64,000 bases of DNA from Methanocaldococcus indicus (GCF_049554935.1 NZ_CP186926.1:1184001-1248000), one strand, 5' to 3'. Positions 10,928 through 21,158 are shown, counted from the stretch's first letter. Program-made: numbers and translations. Notes: a model not told the origin generated them from the letters alone.

Positions 10928-12010
10928 TTAAATTTTTTCAATTGTTAAACAGGAATTTCCTAACAATTTAATCTTATAGTCATATCCTAAACTATCCAAT
11001 GTATTTATAATTTCATTAACTTCATAGTATTTTACAAATCTATCATTTAATTTATTGTAGAAAGTAAATAACTCATTTTTAATTGGGTCAAACTTGTCTG
11101 CAAAGTACTCCTCCATTATAAATAATCTACCTCCTGGGACTAAGGAGTTCATAGATTTTTTTATAAATGTTTTTAATGATGGAAGATATCTCAAAGTGTG
11201 AGAGCATATAATCAAAGAATATTTTTCTTTTGGGGCCATATCATAAAAGTCCATAGCTCTCAAATCATAGGAATCAAAATATCTTCTTTTTACTCTATTT
11301 TTTGCTATCTCTATTAAACCTTTTGATATATCTATTCCTGTGTAATGGCCTATTAGATGAACATGACCAATATAGTAGTAAGGAGACCATGAACCACAAC
11401 CTACATCTAAGATGCAATCATCACATTCTAAGTTTGTGGCTAATGTAGATATCTCCCTACATAGATGATAATATGGACTACTTAAAATCATGTCCCAAAT
11501 ATCTGGGTCTTTTTTAAAGTTTATTGCAATTTTAGGATGCTTACTACTTATTAATGCATACTTAGCTACATGAGTAATATAAGTATATTTCATTACATAG
11601 TCACTAATGATTTTGTCAAATTCAGGCATTTTAATTTTAATTTCAAAATCTTCATTCATAGATAGTTTTCCATCAGAGTAATTAATAATACCTATATTTG
11701 CCCCAGTTTTTACAAACTCTAATATAAATTGTTTGTTAGGATAAGATATCTTGTCCAATAATTCTTTAACATTTGGATGATATTGAGCTATATTTTGGAA
11801 AATACCAAATTCAATTCCCTGTCTAATAAATGTTGTTAATAAATCTTGGCCTAAGTAATCTATGGTTTTATCTGCCATTTCTATTTTCTTTTTTAACCTT
11901 AAACTTTTTGATAGTATATCACTTGAATCATTTTCAGATGGTTGATATTCTGAAAAGATTGATGAAATATCTAAATTGAGCTTATCTAAATTATTGTTGT
12001 TTATAGGCAT
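10928..12010 (-). CDS. class I SAM-dependent methyltransferase with N-terminal helical extension
   Basis: ILDVGCGS, GIDIS, LVPGGRLFI motifs. Confidence 0.8.
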   Translation of the reverse strand: MPINNNNLDKLNLDISSIFSEYQPSENDSSDILSKSLRLKKKIEMADKTIDYLGQDLLTTFIRQGIEFGIFQNIAQYHPNVKELLDKISYPNKQFILEFVKTGANIGIINYSDGKLSMNEDFEIKIKMPEFDKIISDYVMKYTYITHVAKYALISSKHPKIAINFKKDPDIWDMILSSPYYHLCREISTLATNLECDDCILDVGCGSWSPYYYIGHVHLIGHYTGIDISKGLIEIAKNRVKRRYFDSYDLRAMDFYDMAPKEKYSLIICSHTLRYLPSLKTFIKKSMNSLVPGGRLFIMEEYFADKFDPIKNELFTFYNKLNDRFVKYYEVNEIINTLDSLGYDYKIKLLGNSCLTIEKI

Positions 12011-12011
12011 A

Positions 12012-12347
12012 TTACCACCTCATAGAAGATATTATATCACTATCTTGGTCTTTGAGGACTTCAACAACTTTTTTTCCATATTCAGTAAGTTTATATATTT
12101 TTATACCACCTTTTTCTTCACATTCTACTAAACCAAGCTCAATTAATGAAAAATGACCGTTATATCTACCATTTAGTCCTTTTAAACAACCTAATACATT
12201 ACTTGGGTCTGATTTAACGCCACGGGATATTTCTGATAAATAAGTACCATAAGGATATATATTGTACAAGTAATATAATATTTTTTTTCTTAATTTACTT
12301 TTGTTTAGCGACCTAACAATCATAGGGTCTAAAAAGACGATACTCAT
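12012..12347 (-). CDS. earA: archaellum operon transcriptional activator EarA family (winged HTH)
   Basis: DPMIVRSLNKSKLRKKIL..YLSEISR..SDPSNVLGCL..SLIELGLV..YKLTEYG resembles the Methanococcales EarA family. Confidence 0.8.
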   Translation of the reverse strand: MSIVFLDPMIVRSLNKSKLRKKILYYLYNIYPYGTYLSEISRGVKSDPSNVLGCLKGLNGRYNGHFSLIELGLVECEEKGGIKIYKLTEYGKKVVEVLKDQDSDIISSMRW

Positions 12348-12376
12348 AGTATCACCAGAGATTATATAAAAATTTT

Positions 12377-14965
12377 TTAAATAATTTGGAAAACTCTATT
12401 AATTATTCCACTTATTATTGAAGATATAAACCCAAACAATCCATTATTTTCTTCTTTTTGCATATTAGATGTGTTTTGTTGTGTTTCTTTTACCATTGTA
12501 TTTTTTGGGCTTGGATTATTAGTAGTTGGGTTAATAGTGATATTTTCTTTTAAATTGGTAATATTATTATTTGTTGTATTTGTGGTATTAGTGGTTTCAT
12601 TCTCTACTACATTTTCTACTATATTGCTTATATTTTGGAAATCCTTTATTAATATTTCCTTTTTAAGTACAATTGACTTAATAGTGTTATTTAATATAAT
12701 AAATTTATCTACTTTAATGTAAAATTCTACCTTATTAGAGTTTATATTTTTAAGAGGTATTTCAACAACTTTATAGCTATTTGGAGGAATTGATATAGTT
12801 CTTGGAGTTTCATTAAAAGATGTCCAATATTCTGCAGTTATATTTAAAGGGAAATCTTTATTAGATAATTTTACATACATTTTTGAGTTATTTATTGTTA
12901 TATTTTCTATATAAACAGGGGATATAACTTCTGTCAATTTAAATGTCTTTGTTGGGACACTATTTCCTAATAAATCTAATGCAGAATATCTACCAATCTC
13001 ATACTCATTAGGTATTGAAACAGGATGTAATCCTAAACCATTTCCAAATATGATATCAACACCTAAATTTTTTGGAATAATATGGACTACAGTATATCCT
13101 TTAAAGCCTTCTTTAAAGGTTATTGGGAACGTTACCACAGTTGAAGAGTCATTTTCTACTAAAACATCTTTTTTTGGAGAAATATACTCAATTGTTCCAT
13201 TTCTATTAATTACTTCTAAATAAACTTCACAATTTAGGGGAATATTTAATTTATTTGCAAATTTTACCTCTACCTTACAAGGAATTCCAACAACTGGCTT
13301 ATTTACATATATTGAGTTATTATATTTTATTGCATTAATTTTAACTAATGGAGTTATATATTTTAAATATTCAACTCTAATTGGATATATAGCATTAAAA
13401 TGAACTGTTGCATATGAATCTTTAGCTCCTTCATCTGGAACTACTTTAATATATAAATCTCCATTAAACTCTCTATTAAATTTTATACTAATATTGTAAT
13501 CTTTTTTTGTATGAGGAGGAACAATAAAGTATATATTACTTGTATAATTTACAATTCCTTTCTTGTTTAGTTTGTCATAGACAATAATTTTCCCTGTTAA
13601 AGTTTTGTTGTAGATATTGTATAGAGTGATAGTCATATTATAAGTTTTTCCTACTAAAACATAACCACTATTTTTAGAGACTCCTCTAATTATACTTTTT
13701 TCCTGAGGTAGAGATATACTTACTATCTTAATTGGTGAGATTGGTGTAGGATTTGGATTTAAAGTTGTTTCTTTTCTATATATTAATTTTAAGTAATTTA
13801 TATCTGGATAAACCTCAGAATATATTTTCACATTTCCTAATTTAGGATATATTGGAATATATAAAGTTCCAGTAGATGTTTTATTTAATTTAATATCTCT
13901 AACCACAGTATAATTATCATAGCATAAAACAAACTTTGTATTAACATCTTCATTGTATTTATTTTCTAAATCAACTTTTAAAATAGCTAAATATCTATCA
14001 TCATCTTTAACATAGTATCTTGGAATTTCTACATATTTTCTATAGTATTTGTCATTAATTGCCTTTTCTATATCATCATCTATCCAGGCATTGTAGTAGA
14101 AGTTTTTTACAATATTTGAGGTATTATCATCTATTTTATTATAAACCTTAATATTTTTAATGACTACTGGTAGTAAAAATGTCATTGGCTCACTTTTGTA
14201 ATCAAACCATATTCCATTTTTATCTCTTCTCTGAATTGTTTCTTCATATCCATCTACACTATGAGTAACATTTAAAACTTCAACATAAGTAGTAATTTTA
14301 AAATTGTCATCAGTAATATTTATTTCTGGAATTTTAAAATATATTGTTTTTTCTTCACCATATGGAATATATACTGTCTGTGAGTTGTTTATTCCATCAT
14401 ATATAACATTATTTCCAGATTTAGCTACAATCCAAACTTTTGCTATATAGTCACTTGATGCATAAGGATTACTTTTTAATGTAATTTTAAACCAATTAGA
14501 AAAACAAACCTGAGTATTCTTATTTAAATAGTATCCATCAGAGCAAGTTATATTTTTTACATCTATTGGAAAAATAACTTTAATTTTAAATGTTTTTGAA
14601 GCTATTGTCTTTCCTTCATCATCTACTAAAGAAACTTTAACATCATGCTCTTTATCATCAGTTATTGGAACTCTTAACTCTATAACATTTTCTATATGTG
14701 AATTTGGAGCTAAACTAATATATCCATAGTCATATTTTTTTCCATTACATTCAACAACTATCTTTACCCTATGCTCATAATCATCTTTATTGACAATCCC
14801 AATATAGAGAATTTGCTCATCAATCTTTATATGTAACATTGGAGCATTTGGAGGGTCATAAGGAGTTGCTATTTTGTAAATCTCCACATTTCCCCAAGCA
14901 TAACTAAATATTGAGATGCATAATATCAATAACCATAATTTTATACTTTTGCTCATATATCTCAC
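12377..14965 (-). CDS. large secreted/cell-surface protein (beta-rich domains, Thr/Asn-rich linker, C-terminal hydrophobic helix)
   Basis: N-terminal signal peptide, many NxS/T sequons, ENETTNTTNTTNNN linker, terminal GLFGFISSIISGIINRVFQII. Confidence 0.7.
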   Translation of the reverse strand: MRYMSKSIKLWLLILCISIFSYAWGNVEIYKIATPYDPPNAPMLHIKIDEQILYIGIVNKDDYEHRVKIVVECNGKKYDYGYISLAPNSHIENVIELRVPITDDKEHDVKVSLVDDEGKTIASKTFKIKVIFPIDVKNITCSDGYYLNKNTQVCFSNWFKITLKSNPYASSDYIAKVWIVAKSGNNVIYDGINNSQTVYIPYGEEKTIYFKIPEINITDDNFKITTYVEVLNVTHSVDGYEETIQRRDKNGIWFDYKSEPMTFLLPVVIKNIKVYNKIDDNTSNIVKNFYYNAWIDDDIEKAINDKYYRKYVEIPRYYVKDDDRYLAILKVDLENKYNEDVNTKFVLCYDNYTVVRDIKLNKTSTGTLYIPIYPKLGNVKIYSEVYPDINYLKLIYRKETTLNPNPTPISPIKIVSISLPQEKSIIRGVSKNSGYVLVGKTYNMTITLYNIYNKTLTGKIIVYDKLNKKGIVNYTSNIYFIVPPHTKKDYNISIKFNREFNGDLYIKVVPDEGAKDSYATVHFNAIYPIRVEYLKYITPLVKINAIKYNNSIYVNKPVVGIPCKVEVKFANKLNIPLNCEVYLEVINRNGTIEYISPKKDVLVENDSSTVVTFPITFKEGFKGYTVVHIIPKNLGVDIIFGNGLGLHPVSIPNEYEIGRYSALDLLGNSVPTKTFKLTEVISPVYIENITINNSKMYVKLSNKDFPLNITAEYWTSFNETPRTISIPPNSYKVVEIPLKNINSNKVEFYIKVDKFIILNNTIKSIVLKKEILIKDFQNISNIVENVVENETTNTTNTTNNNITNLKENITINPTTNNPSPKNTMVKETQQNTSNMQKEENNGLFGFISSIISGIINRVFQII

Positions 14966-15070
14966 CTTTTGAGATAGGAGAAAATATTATATATGGTGTT
15001 ATGCTTTAAATCTTAATAAATCTATTTTTTATTTTTAGCAGAATTAATAATATATAAACTATTTTTGTAG

Positions 15071-15280
15071 GTGAAAAGAATGATATATATAAATAAAGAG
15101 TTATGTAAAGCTTGCTATATATGCATTGAGTTCTGCCCAAAGAAAGTTTTTACCATATCAAAAGAGCTAAGTAAGAAAGGAGTTTATCCTCCTAAGGTTG
15201 AAGATGAGAGTAAATGCACATATTGTAAAATTTGTGAAATGATGTGTCCTGACCAAGCTATTGCAGTGGTGAAAAAATGA
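15071..15280 (+). CDS. korD: 2-oxoglutarate:ferredoxin oxidoreductase delta subunit (2x[4Fe-4S])
   Basis: Two CxxCxxCxxxCP motifs; overlaps korA. Confidence 0.85.
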   Translation: MKRMIYINKELCKACYICIEFCPKKVFTISKELSKKGVYPPKVEDESKCTYCKICEMMCPDQAIAVVKK

Positions 15281-16425
15281 AATTGGATGAAAAAGGAAGA
15301 TTAAAGCCAGGAGCTTATTTTATGCAAGGAAATGAAGCTTGTGCTGAGGGAGCTATTGTAGCTGGATGTAACTTTTATGCAGGTTATCCAATAACCCCAT
15401 CCTCAGAGATAGCAGAAAGAATGGCATACAGATTACCTCAGTTGGGAAGGACTTATATCCAAATGGAGGATGAGATAGGTTCATTAGCTGCTGTTATAGG
15501 AGCTTCATGGGCTGGATGTAAAGCAATGACAGCTACATCTGGCCCTGGATTTAGTTTAATGCAAGAACATATTGGTTATGCAGTTATGACTGAAACACCA
15601 TTAGTTATTGTCAATGTTCAAAGAGGTTCTCCTTCAACTGGACAGCCAACAATGGCATCTCAGAGTGATATGCAACAAGCTAAGTGGGGAAGTCATGGGG
15701 ACTATCAAATAATTGCACTTTCTCCTTCATCTGTTCAAGAATGTTTTGAATACACAATAATGGCCTTTAATTTAGCTGAAAAATATAGAGTTCCTACTTT
15801 TGTTATGAGTGATGAGATTGTTGGACATATGAGAGAGAAGTTAGTTATTGATAGTTATGATAAATATGAGATTGTAGATAGAGAGGAAGGATTAGATGAA
15901 CTTCCATTTAAGCCAGGGGAGAATTTAGTTCCTAAGTTTCCTACCTTTGGGAAAGGGTATAGAGTTCATGTAACAGGTTTAACTCACAATGAAAAAGGAT
16001 ATCCTGATGTTTCTCCTGAGACACATGATAAGTTGGTTAGAAGATTGAATAACAAAATATTAAAAAATATTGATGATATCTTTTCTTATGAAGGTTGGTA
16101 CTTAGATGACTGTTCTGATTTAGTTATAGTTGCTTATGGAGCTCCATCAAGAAGTGCTGAGGTAGTAGTTAAAGAGTTGAGAGAAGAAGGATTAAGTGTA
16201 GGATATGTTAAGTTAAATACAGTTTGGCCGTTCCATGATGAATTTATCTACAAAGTAGCAAAAGAAACTGAAAAGATATTAGTTCCTGAGATAAACTTAG
16301 GACAGATAGTTAGAGAAGTTCAAAGAGCAAGTAAAGGAGAGTGTGAAGTTCTATCATATACTAAGATAGGTGGAGAAATTCCTACACCAGATGAAATTAA
16401 AAATTATTATTTAAAAAATAAGTAA
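15277..16425 (+). CDS. korA: 2-oxoglutarate:ferredoxin oxidoreductase alpha subunit
   Basis: YAGYPITPSSE, QMEDEI, TATSGPGFSLMQE, QRGSPSTG. Confidence 0.9.
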   Translation: MKLDEKGRLKPGAYFMQGNEACAEGAIVAGCNFYAGYPITPSSEIAERMAYRLPQLGRTYIQMEDEIGSLAAVIGASWAGCKAMTATSGPGFSLMQEHIGYAVMTETPLVIVNVQRGSPSTGQPTMASQSDMQQAKWGSHGDYQIIALSPSSVQECFEYTIMAFNLAEKYRVPTFVMSDEIVGHMREKLVIDSYDKYEIVDREEGLDELPFKPGENLVPKFPTFGKGYRVHVTGLTHNEKGYPDVSPETHDKLVRRLNNKILKNIDDIFSYEGWYLDDCSDLVIVAYGAPSRSAEVVVKELREEGLSVGYVKLNTVWPFHDEFIYKVAKETEKILVPEINLGQIVREVQRASKGECEVLSYTKIGGEIPTPDEIKNYYLKNK

Positions 16426-16434
16426 GGTGAGAAT

Positions 16435-17253
16435 TTGGAACATTTTGCTTTGAAATATTTAAGAAAAGACAGATTACCACATATATTTTGTCCAGGTTGT
16501 GGAATTGGAATTATAATGAACTGTTTCTGTAAAGCAGTTGATGAGCTAAATTTAGATTTAGATAAGTTAGTTTTAACTTCTGGAATAGGATGTTCTTCAA
16601 GAGTTCCAGGATACTTTTTATTAGATTCTCTACATACCACACATGGAAGAAGTTTAGCATTTGCCACAGGAATTAAATTAGCTAATCCTGAATTAACTGT
16701 TGTTAATTTTACAGGAGATGGAGATTTAGCAGCTATTGGAGGAAATCACTTTATACATGCATGTAGAAGAAATATAGATATAACTGTTATTTGTGTGAAT
16801 AACCAAATATATGGTATGACAGGAGGTCAAGTTTCACCAACAACACCAGAAGGTTTTAGAGCTACAACAGCCCCTTATGGGAATATAGAGAATCCTTTTG
16901 ATTTATGTAAGTTGGCAGTGGCAGCAGGAGCAAGTTATGTAGCAAGATGGACAACAGCACATCCTTTCCAATTAGCAAGAGCAATAAAAAAAGGAATTGA
17001 AACAAAAGGACTTGCATTTATAGAAGTTATTTCTCAATGCTATACATACTTTGGAAGAATGAACAATTTTAAATCAAACACAGAACTTTTAAAATATATA
17101 AAAGAGAACTCAGTTGTTAAGGCAAAGGCAGAAAGAATGGATAAAGAGGAATTAAAAGGTAAGATTATAGTTGGAGAATTTGTAAATAGGGAGAGAGAAG
17201 AATATACTGACAAATACTATAAGATGTTAGAAAAATGTAAAGTAATAAGGTGA
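16435..17253 (+). CDS. korB: 2-oxoglutarate:ferredoxin oxidoreductase beta subunit
   Basis: FCPGCG, SGIGCS, GDGD TPP-binding motif, YGMTGGQ. Confidence 0.9.
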   Translation: MEHFALKYLRKDRLPHIFCPGCGIGIIMNCFCKAVDELNLDLDKLVLTSGIGCSSRVPGYFLLDSLHTTHGRSLAFATGIKLANPELTVVNFTGDGDLAAIGGNHFIHACRRNIDITVICVNNQIYGMTGGQVSPTTPEGFRATTAPYGNIENPFDLCKLAVAAGASYVARWTTAHPFQLARAIKKGIETKGLAFIEVISQCYTYFGRMNNFKSNTELLKYIKENSVVKAKAERMDKEELKGKIIVGEFVNREREEYTDKYYKMLEKCKVIR

Positions 17254-17257
17254 ATTT

Positions 17258-17809
17258 ATGAGAAAAGAGCTAAGATTTGCAGGATTTGGAGGGCAGGGAA
17301 TACAATTAGCTGGAATTATTTTAGGAAGGGCTGCTGCTCTATATGAAGATTTGTATGCCTTTCAAACACAATCTATAGGGCCAGAGGCAAGAGGAGGAAA
17401 ATCAAGGTGTGAAGTAGTTATATCAGACAATCCAAGAGATTATCCAAAAGTTAGAAATTTAGATATATTGATAGCTATGTCACAGGAGGCATTAGATAGC
17501 TATATTTCTGATTTAGATAGTGGGAAAATTCTCATATATGACCCAGATATGATGACAAAACATCCTGAGAGAGATGATATTACTATCTACAAAATTCCAG
17601 CAACTAAGGCAGCTTATGAGTTAGGAAATAGGATTGTTGCAAATGTAGTTATGTTAGGGGCATTAGTTGAATTAACAGGAGTAGTATCTAAGGATAGTAT
17701 AAAAAAAGCAGTTGCTGAATCTGTTAAAGAAAAATTCATTGAATTGAATTTAAAAGCTTTGGAAAAAGGATTTGAATTAGGAAAAAAAGCAAAAGGAGAA
17801 GTATGTTAA
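17258..17809 (+). CDS. korC: 2-oxoglutarate:ferredoxin oxidoreductase gamma subunit
   Basis: GFGGQG, GPEARGG, NVVMLGAL. Confidence 0.9.
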   Translation: MRKELRFAGFGGQGIQLAGIILGRAAALYEDLYAFQTQSIGPEARGGKSRCEVVISDNPRDYPKVRNLDILIAMSQEALDSYISDLDSGKILIYDPDMMTKHPERDDITIYKIPATKAAYELGNRIVANVVMLGALVELTGVVSKDSIKKAVAESVKEKFIELNLKALEKGFELGKKAKGEVC

Positions 17810-18795
17810 ATAAAGCTTCAACATCTATAGAGATTTCAAAAGATAGATATGAATTGTTAGAGGAAATAAAAGAGAATAATTATAAAAGAATTTTAATAGT
17901 TGGAAATGTAGATGTTGGGAAAACAACATTAATAAACTTTTTATCAAATAATCTAAATTGTGGAATTTTAGATTTGGATGTTGGACAAAAATCTATTTTA
18001 CCTCCTGCAACAATCTCTTTAAAATACTCTTTTTTAGTAAAGCATTATTTTATAGGTTCTACAACACCAGCTCAATTTATAGGAGAGATGATTGTAGGAG
18101 CCAATAAATTAGCTAATTTAGTTAATGATTTAGTTTTAATAGATACACCAGGATTTATATATGGAATTGGTGGAGAGCTAATAAAACTGTTAATTGAGAG
18201 TTTAAAACCTGATTTAATTGTTGGAATTGAAAGGGATAAAGAACTAAGGAATCTTTTAAGATATGAAAATGTAAAATTTTTAAAGTCATATAGCAACAAA
18301 ACATATTCAAAGGAAGAGAGAAAAAAGATAAGAGAAGAAAAATGGAAAAAATACTTTGAGAATAGTAAAGAAATTATAATCAACTTCAAAGATTTTATTT
18401 TATCAGGAAGTAAATTGTTTTATGGTGTTAAAATAACTGAAAATGAAAAGTATCTAATTGAGAATCTATTAAAATGGAAAATTCTTTATGGAAGTAGAAT
18501 AGATAAGCAGTATATAATTGTTAAGGAAGATTTAGAAAGAATCCATATAAGTTTAGATAGAAATTTTATATTTTATTTAGATAAAGACAGATTTTTAAAC
18601 TTATTAGTTGGATTGATTGATAAAGATGGTTTTTGTGAAGGTTTAGGAATTGTGAAAGAGATTGACTTTGAAAATGAAACTTTAAAAATTTTGACTCCTA
18701 TAAGTTTGGATAATATAAAGGAGATAAGATTTGGTAGAATAAAAATAAATGATGACTTTACAGAAGGAGCTTATTTAGATAGAGAACTAATTTAG
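17803..18795 (+). CDS. Clp1-family polynucleotide 5'-hydroxyl kinase
   Basis: GNVDVGKTT, DLDVGQ, DTPG, ERKKIRE..W..YF motifs. Confidence 0.85.
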   Translation: MLNKASTSIEISKDRYELLEEIKENNYKRILIVGNVDVGKTTLINFLSNNLNCGILDLDVGQKSILPPATISLKYSFLVKHYFIGSTTPAQFIGEMIVGANKLANLVNDLVLIDTPGFIYGIGGELIKLLIESLKPDLIVGIERDKELRNLLRYENVKFLKSYSNKTYSKEERKKIREEKWKKYFENSKEIIINFKDFILSGSKLFYGVKITENEKYLIENLLKWKILYGSRIDKQYIIVKEDLERIHISLDRNFIFYLDKDRFLNLLVGLIDKDGFCEGLGIVKEIDFENETLKILTPISLDNIKEIRFGRIKINDDFTEGAYLDRELI

Positions 18796-18883
18796 TAATA
18801 ATAAATTGCTATTTTTTATTAAATAAGTTTATATTTTTTTGGTTATTTTAGTTTTATCTAATAAAGCTGTTTTTAGGGATAGT

Positions 18884-21121
18884 ATGGTTGTTAAAGAGAT
18901 TATTGAAGGGGCAAAATTAGCATTAAATTTAGCAAGAGATTTAGCAAATAAAGAAGATGACAATCTAAAATTAGAGTATCCTGGGACTTCTTACAACTTA
19001 CCTATAATCTATGGTTTATTAGGAAAAGAAATAAAAACAGTTAAAGATTTAAAAGAGTTATTAAATTCATTGGAAGTTAAAGATGAAGAAACTTTGGAGA
19101 ATGCTTTAAATTCTGGGGTTATAACTTTAATAGCTGCTGAAGCAATTGAAGCTCTAAAATATGCAAAAGGTAATCCTTACACTGATACAACAGGATTTAT
19201 TCCTGATGAAATTTTAAGAGGTTTGGGAGTTCCATTAGTTGAAGGGAAGATTCCAGCTATTTTAGTTGTTATTGGAAAAGTAGGAGATAAAGAAAAGCTA
19301 AAAAAATTAGTTGAAGATATAAGAAAAAGAAATATTTTGGCTTTATTTGTTGGAGAAATAATTGATGAGCTAAAAGATGCAAATATAGATTTGGGGTTAG
19401 ATACTCTTTTAGTGCCTATTGGTAGAGAAATAACTTCTGCTGCTCATGCCGCTAATTTAGCAGTTAGAGCACCTTTAATTTTTGGAAATATTAAACCAGG
19501 AAATACTGAAGAAATTATTAGTTATTTAAAAGATAGAGTGCCAGCAATAGTTATAGCTTTGGGAGATTTAGATAATATAACTCTCTCAGCTGGAGCAGGA
19601 TGTATAAAAGCAGGAATTCCTGTTATAACTAATAATAAAGTCCCAGTTATAGAAAAAGCTTTGGAGTATTCTGATATTGATAATATAGTTGAGAATGCCT
19701 TAAAAATGAAAGATATTGAAGTTAAAGTTAAAGAGTTTAAAATTCCAGTATCAGTAGGACCGATGAATGAAGGGGAGAGGATAAGGAAGCCCGATATGTA
19801 TGTAGAATTAGCTGGACCAAAGAGTTATGGATTTGAGTTAGTGAGAGTAGATAACAACGCAGAGGATAAAGTTGAAATTATAGGGAAAGATTTAGATGAA
19901 TTAGAGGAAGGAAAAGCTCATCCTTTCGCTATTATTGTTAAAGTTAAAGGTAAGGATTTGGAAGAAGATTTAGAAGGAGTTTTAGAGAGAAGAGTCCATG
20001 AATTTTTTAACTATATAGAAGGGGTTATGCATTTAAATCAAAGAGACCAAGTGTGGATAAGGGTTTCAAAAGATGCTTTTAAAAAAGGTTTAAGATTAAA
20101 ACATATTGGTGAAGTTATTAAAGATTTGTTTAAAGAGCATTTCCCAATAATTGAGAGTTGCGAAGTAACTATAATAACTGACCCCGAAAAAGTTAAAGAA
20201 GAATTAGAAAAAGCCAAAGAGATATATAAGAAAAGAGACGAAAAAACCAAATCAATTAGAGAAGAGGATGTAGATGTATTTTATGGTTGTATAATGTGTC
20301 AAAGTTTTGCTCCAACACACGTATGTGTTATAACTCCTGATAGACCTTCATTATGTGGAAGTATAAACTATTTAGATGCGAGAGCAGCTGCAAAGATAGA
20401 CCCTAATGGACCAATATTTGCAATTGAAAAAGAAGAATGTTTAGATGAAAAATTAGGAATTTATTCAGGGGTTAATAAAGTTGTTGAAGAATATAGTCAA
20501 GGAGCTGTTAAACAATTTGCTCTACATTCATGTTTAGAAAGTCCATGCACATCCTGTGGATGTTTTGAGGCGGTAGCGTTTTATATTCCAGAAGTAGATG
20601 GATTTGGGATAGTGCATAGGAACTTTAAAGGAGAGACACCATTAGGAATACCGTTTTCAACATTAGCGGGACAGTGTAGCGGAGGAAACCAAGTTCCTGG
20701 ATTCGTTGGAATATCAATTAGTTATATGCAATCTCCTAAATTCTTACAAGGAGATGGTGGATGGAACAGAGTAGTATGGCTACCGAGGGAATTAAAAGAG
20801 AGAGTTAAAGAAGCGATACCAAAAGAGATATATGATAAGATAGCAACAGAGGAAGATGTAAAAAATACTGATGAACTTAGAAATTTCTTAAAAGAGAAAG
20901 GACATCCAGTAATTAATCTATGGGAAAAAGAAGAAACAAAAGAAGAAGTTGAAGAAAAAGAAGAACCTAAAAAAGAAACTGAAACTAAAAAGGTTGAAGA
21001 GAAAAAAGAAGAAGATAAAACTATGGACTTTGTTAAGTTTGTTGAACTTCTACCTCCTGGAATCAAAATAGAGCTCACTAATGTAATAATAAAAGCTGAT
21101 AAAATTATTATTAAGAAATAG
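18884..21121 (+). CDS. cdhC: acetyl-CoA synthase / ACDS beta subunit, long form with N-terminal domain
   Basis: CIMCQSFAPTHVC and TSCGCFE A-cluster ligands; LRGLGVPLV N-terminal domain; E/K-rich linker; ATG at 18884. Confidence 0.93.
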   Translation: MVVKEIIEGAKLALNLARDLANKEDDNLKLEYPGTSYNLPIIYGLLGKEIKTVKDLKELLNSLEVKDEETLENALNSGVITLIAAEAIEALKYAKGNPYTDTTGFIPDEILRGLGVPLVEGKIPAILVVIGKVGDKEKLKKLVEDIRKRNILALFVGEIIDELKDANIDLGLDTLLVPIGREITSAAHAANLAVRAPLIFGNIKPGNTEEIISYLKDRVPAIVIALGDLDNITLSAGAGCIKAGIPVITNNKVPVIEKALEYSDIDNIVENALKMKDIEVKVKEFKIPVSVGPMNEGERIRKPDMYVELAGPKSYGFELVRVDNNAEDKVEIIGKDLDELEEGKAHPFAIIVKVKGKDLEEDLEGVLERRVHEFFNYIEGVMHLNQRDQVWIRVSKDAFKKGLRLKHIGEVIKDLFKEHFPIIESCEVTIITDPEKVKEELEKAKEIYKKRDEKTKSIREEDVDVFYGCIMCQSFAPTHVCVITPDRPSLCGSINYLDARAAAKIDPNGPIFAIEKEECLDEKLGIYSGVNKVVEEYSQGAVKQFALHSCLESPCTSCGCFEAVAFYIPEVDGFGIVHRNFKGETPLGIPFSTLAGQCSGGNQVPGFVGISISYMQSPKFLQGDGGWNRVVWLPRELKERVKEAIPKEIYDKIATEEDVKNTDELRNFLKEKGHPVINLWEKEETKEEVEEKEEPKKETETKKVEEKKEEDKTMDFVKFVELLPPGIKIELTNVIIKADKIIIKK

Positions 21122-21123
21122 AT

Positions 21124-21158
21124 GAGCATGCCTCCCTATAAAAGGGTTCGGCATGCTC
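21124..21158 (-). promoter_or_regulatory. archaeal SECIS element of selD (3'-UTR)
   Basis: Minus strand GAGCAUGCC-GAA-CCC-UUUUAUA-GGG-A-GGCAUGCUC: 9-bp stem, GAA/A internal loop, 3 C-G pairs; 82 nt after the selD stop. Confidence 0.93.

Noticed and set aside
20923-21020. GAA/AAA-rich stretch in cdhC as a DNA repeat
   Set aside because: Encodes the ordinary E/K-rich linker of CdhC
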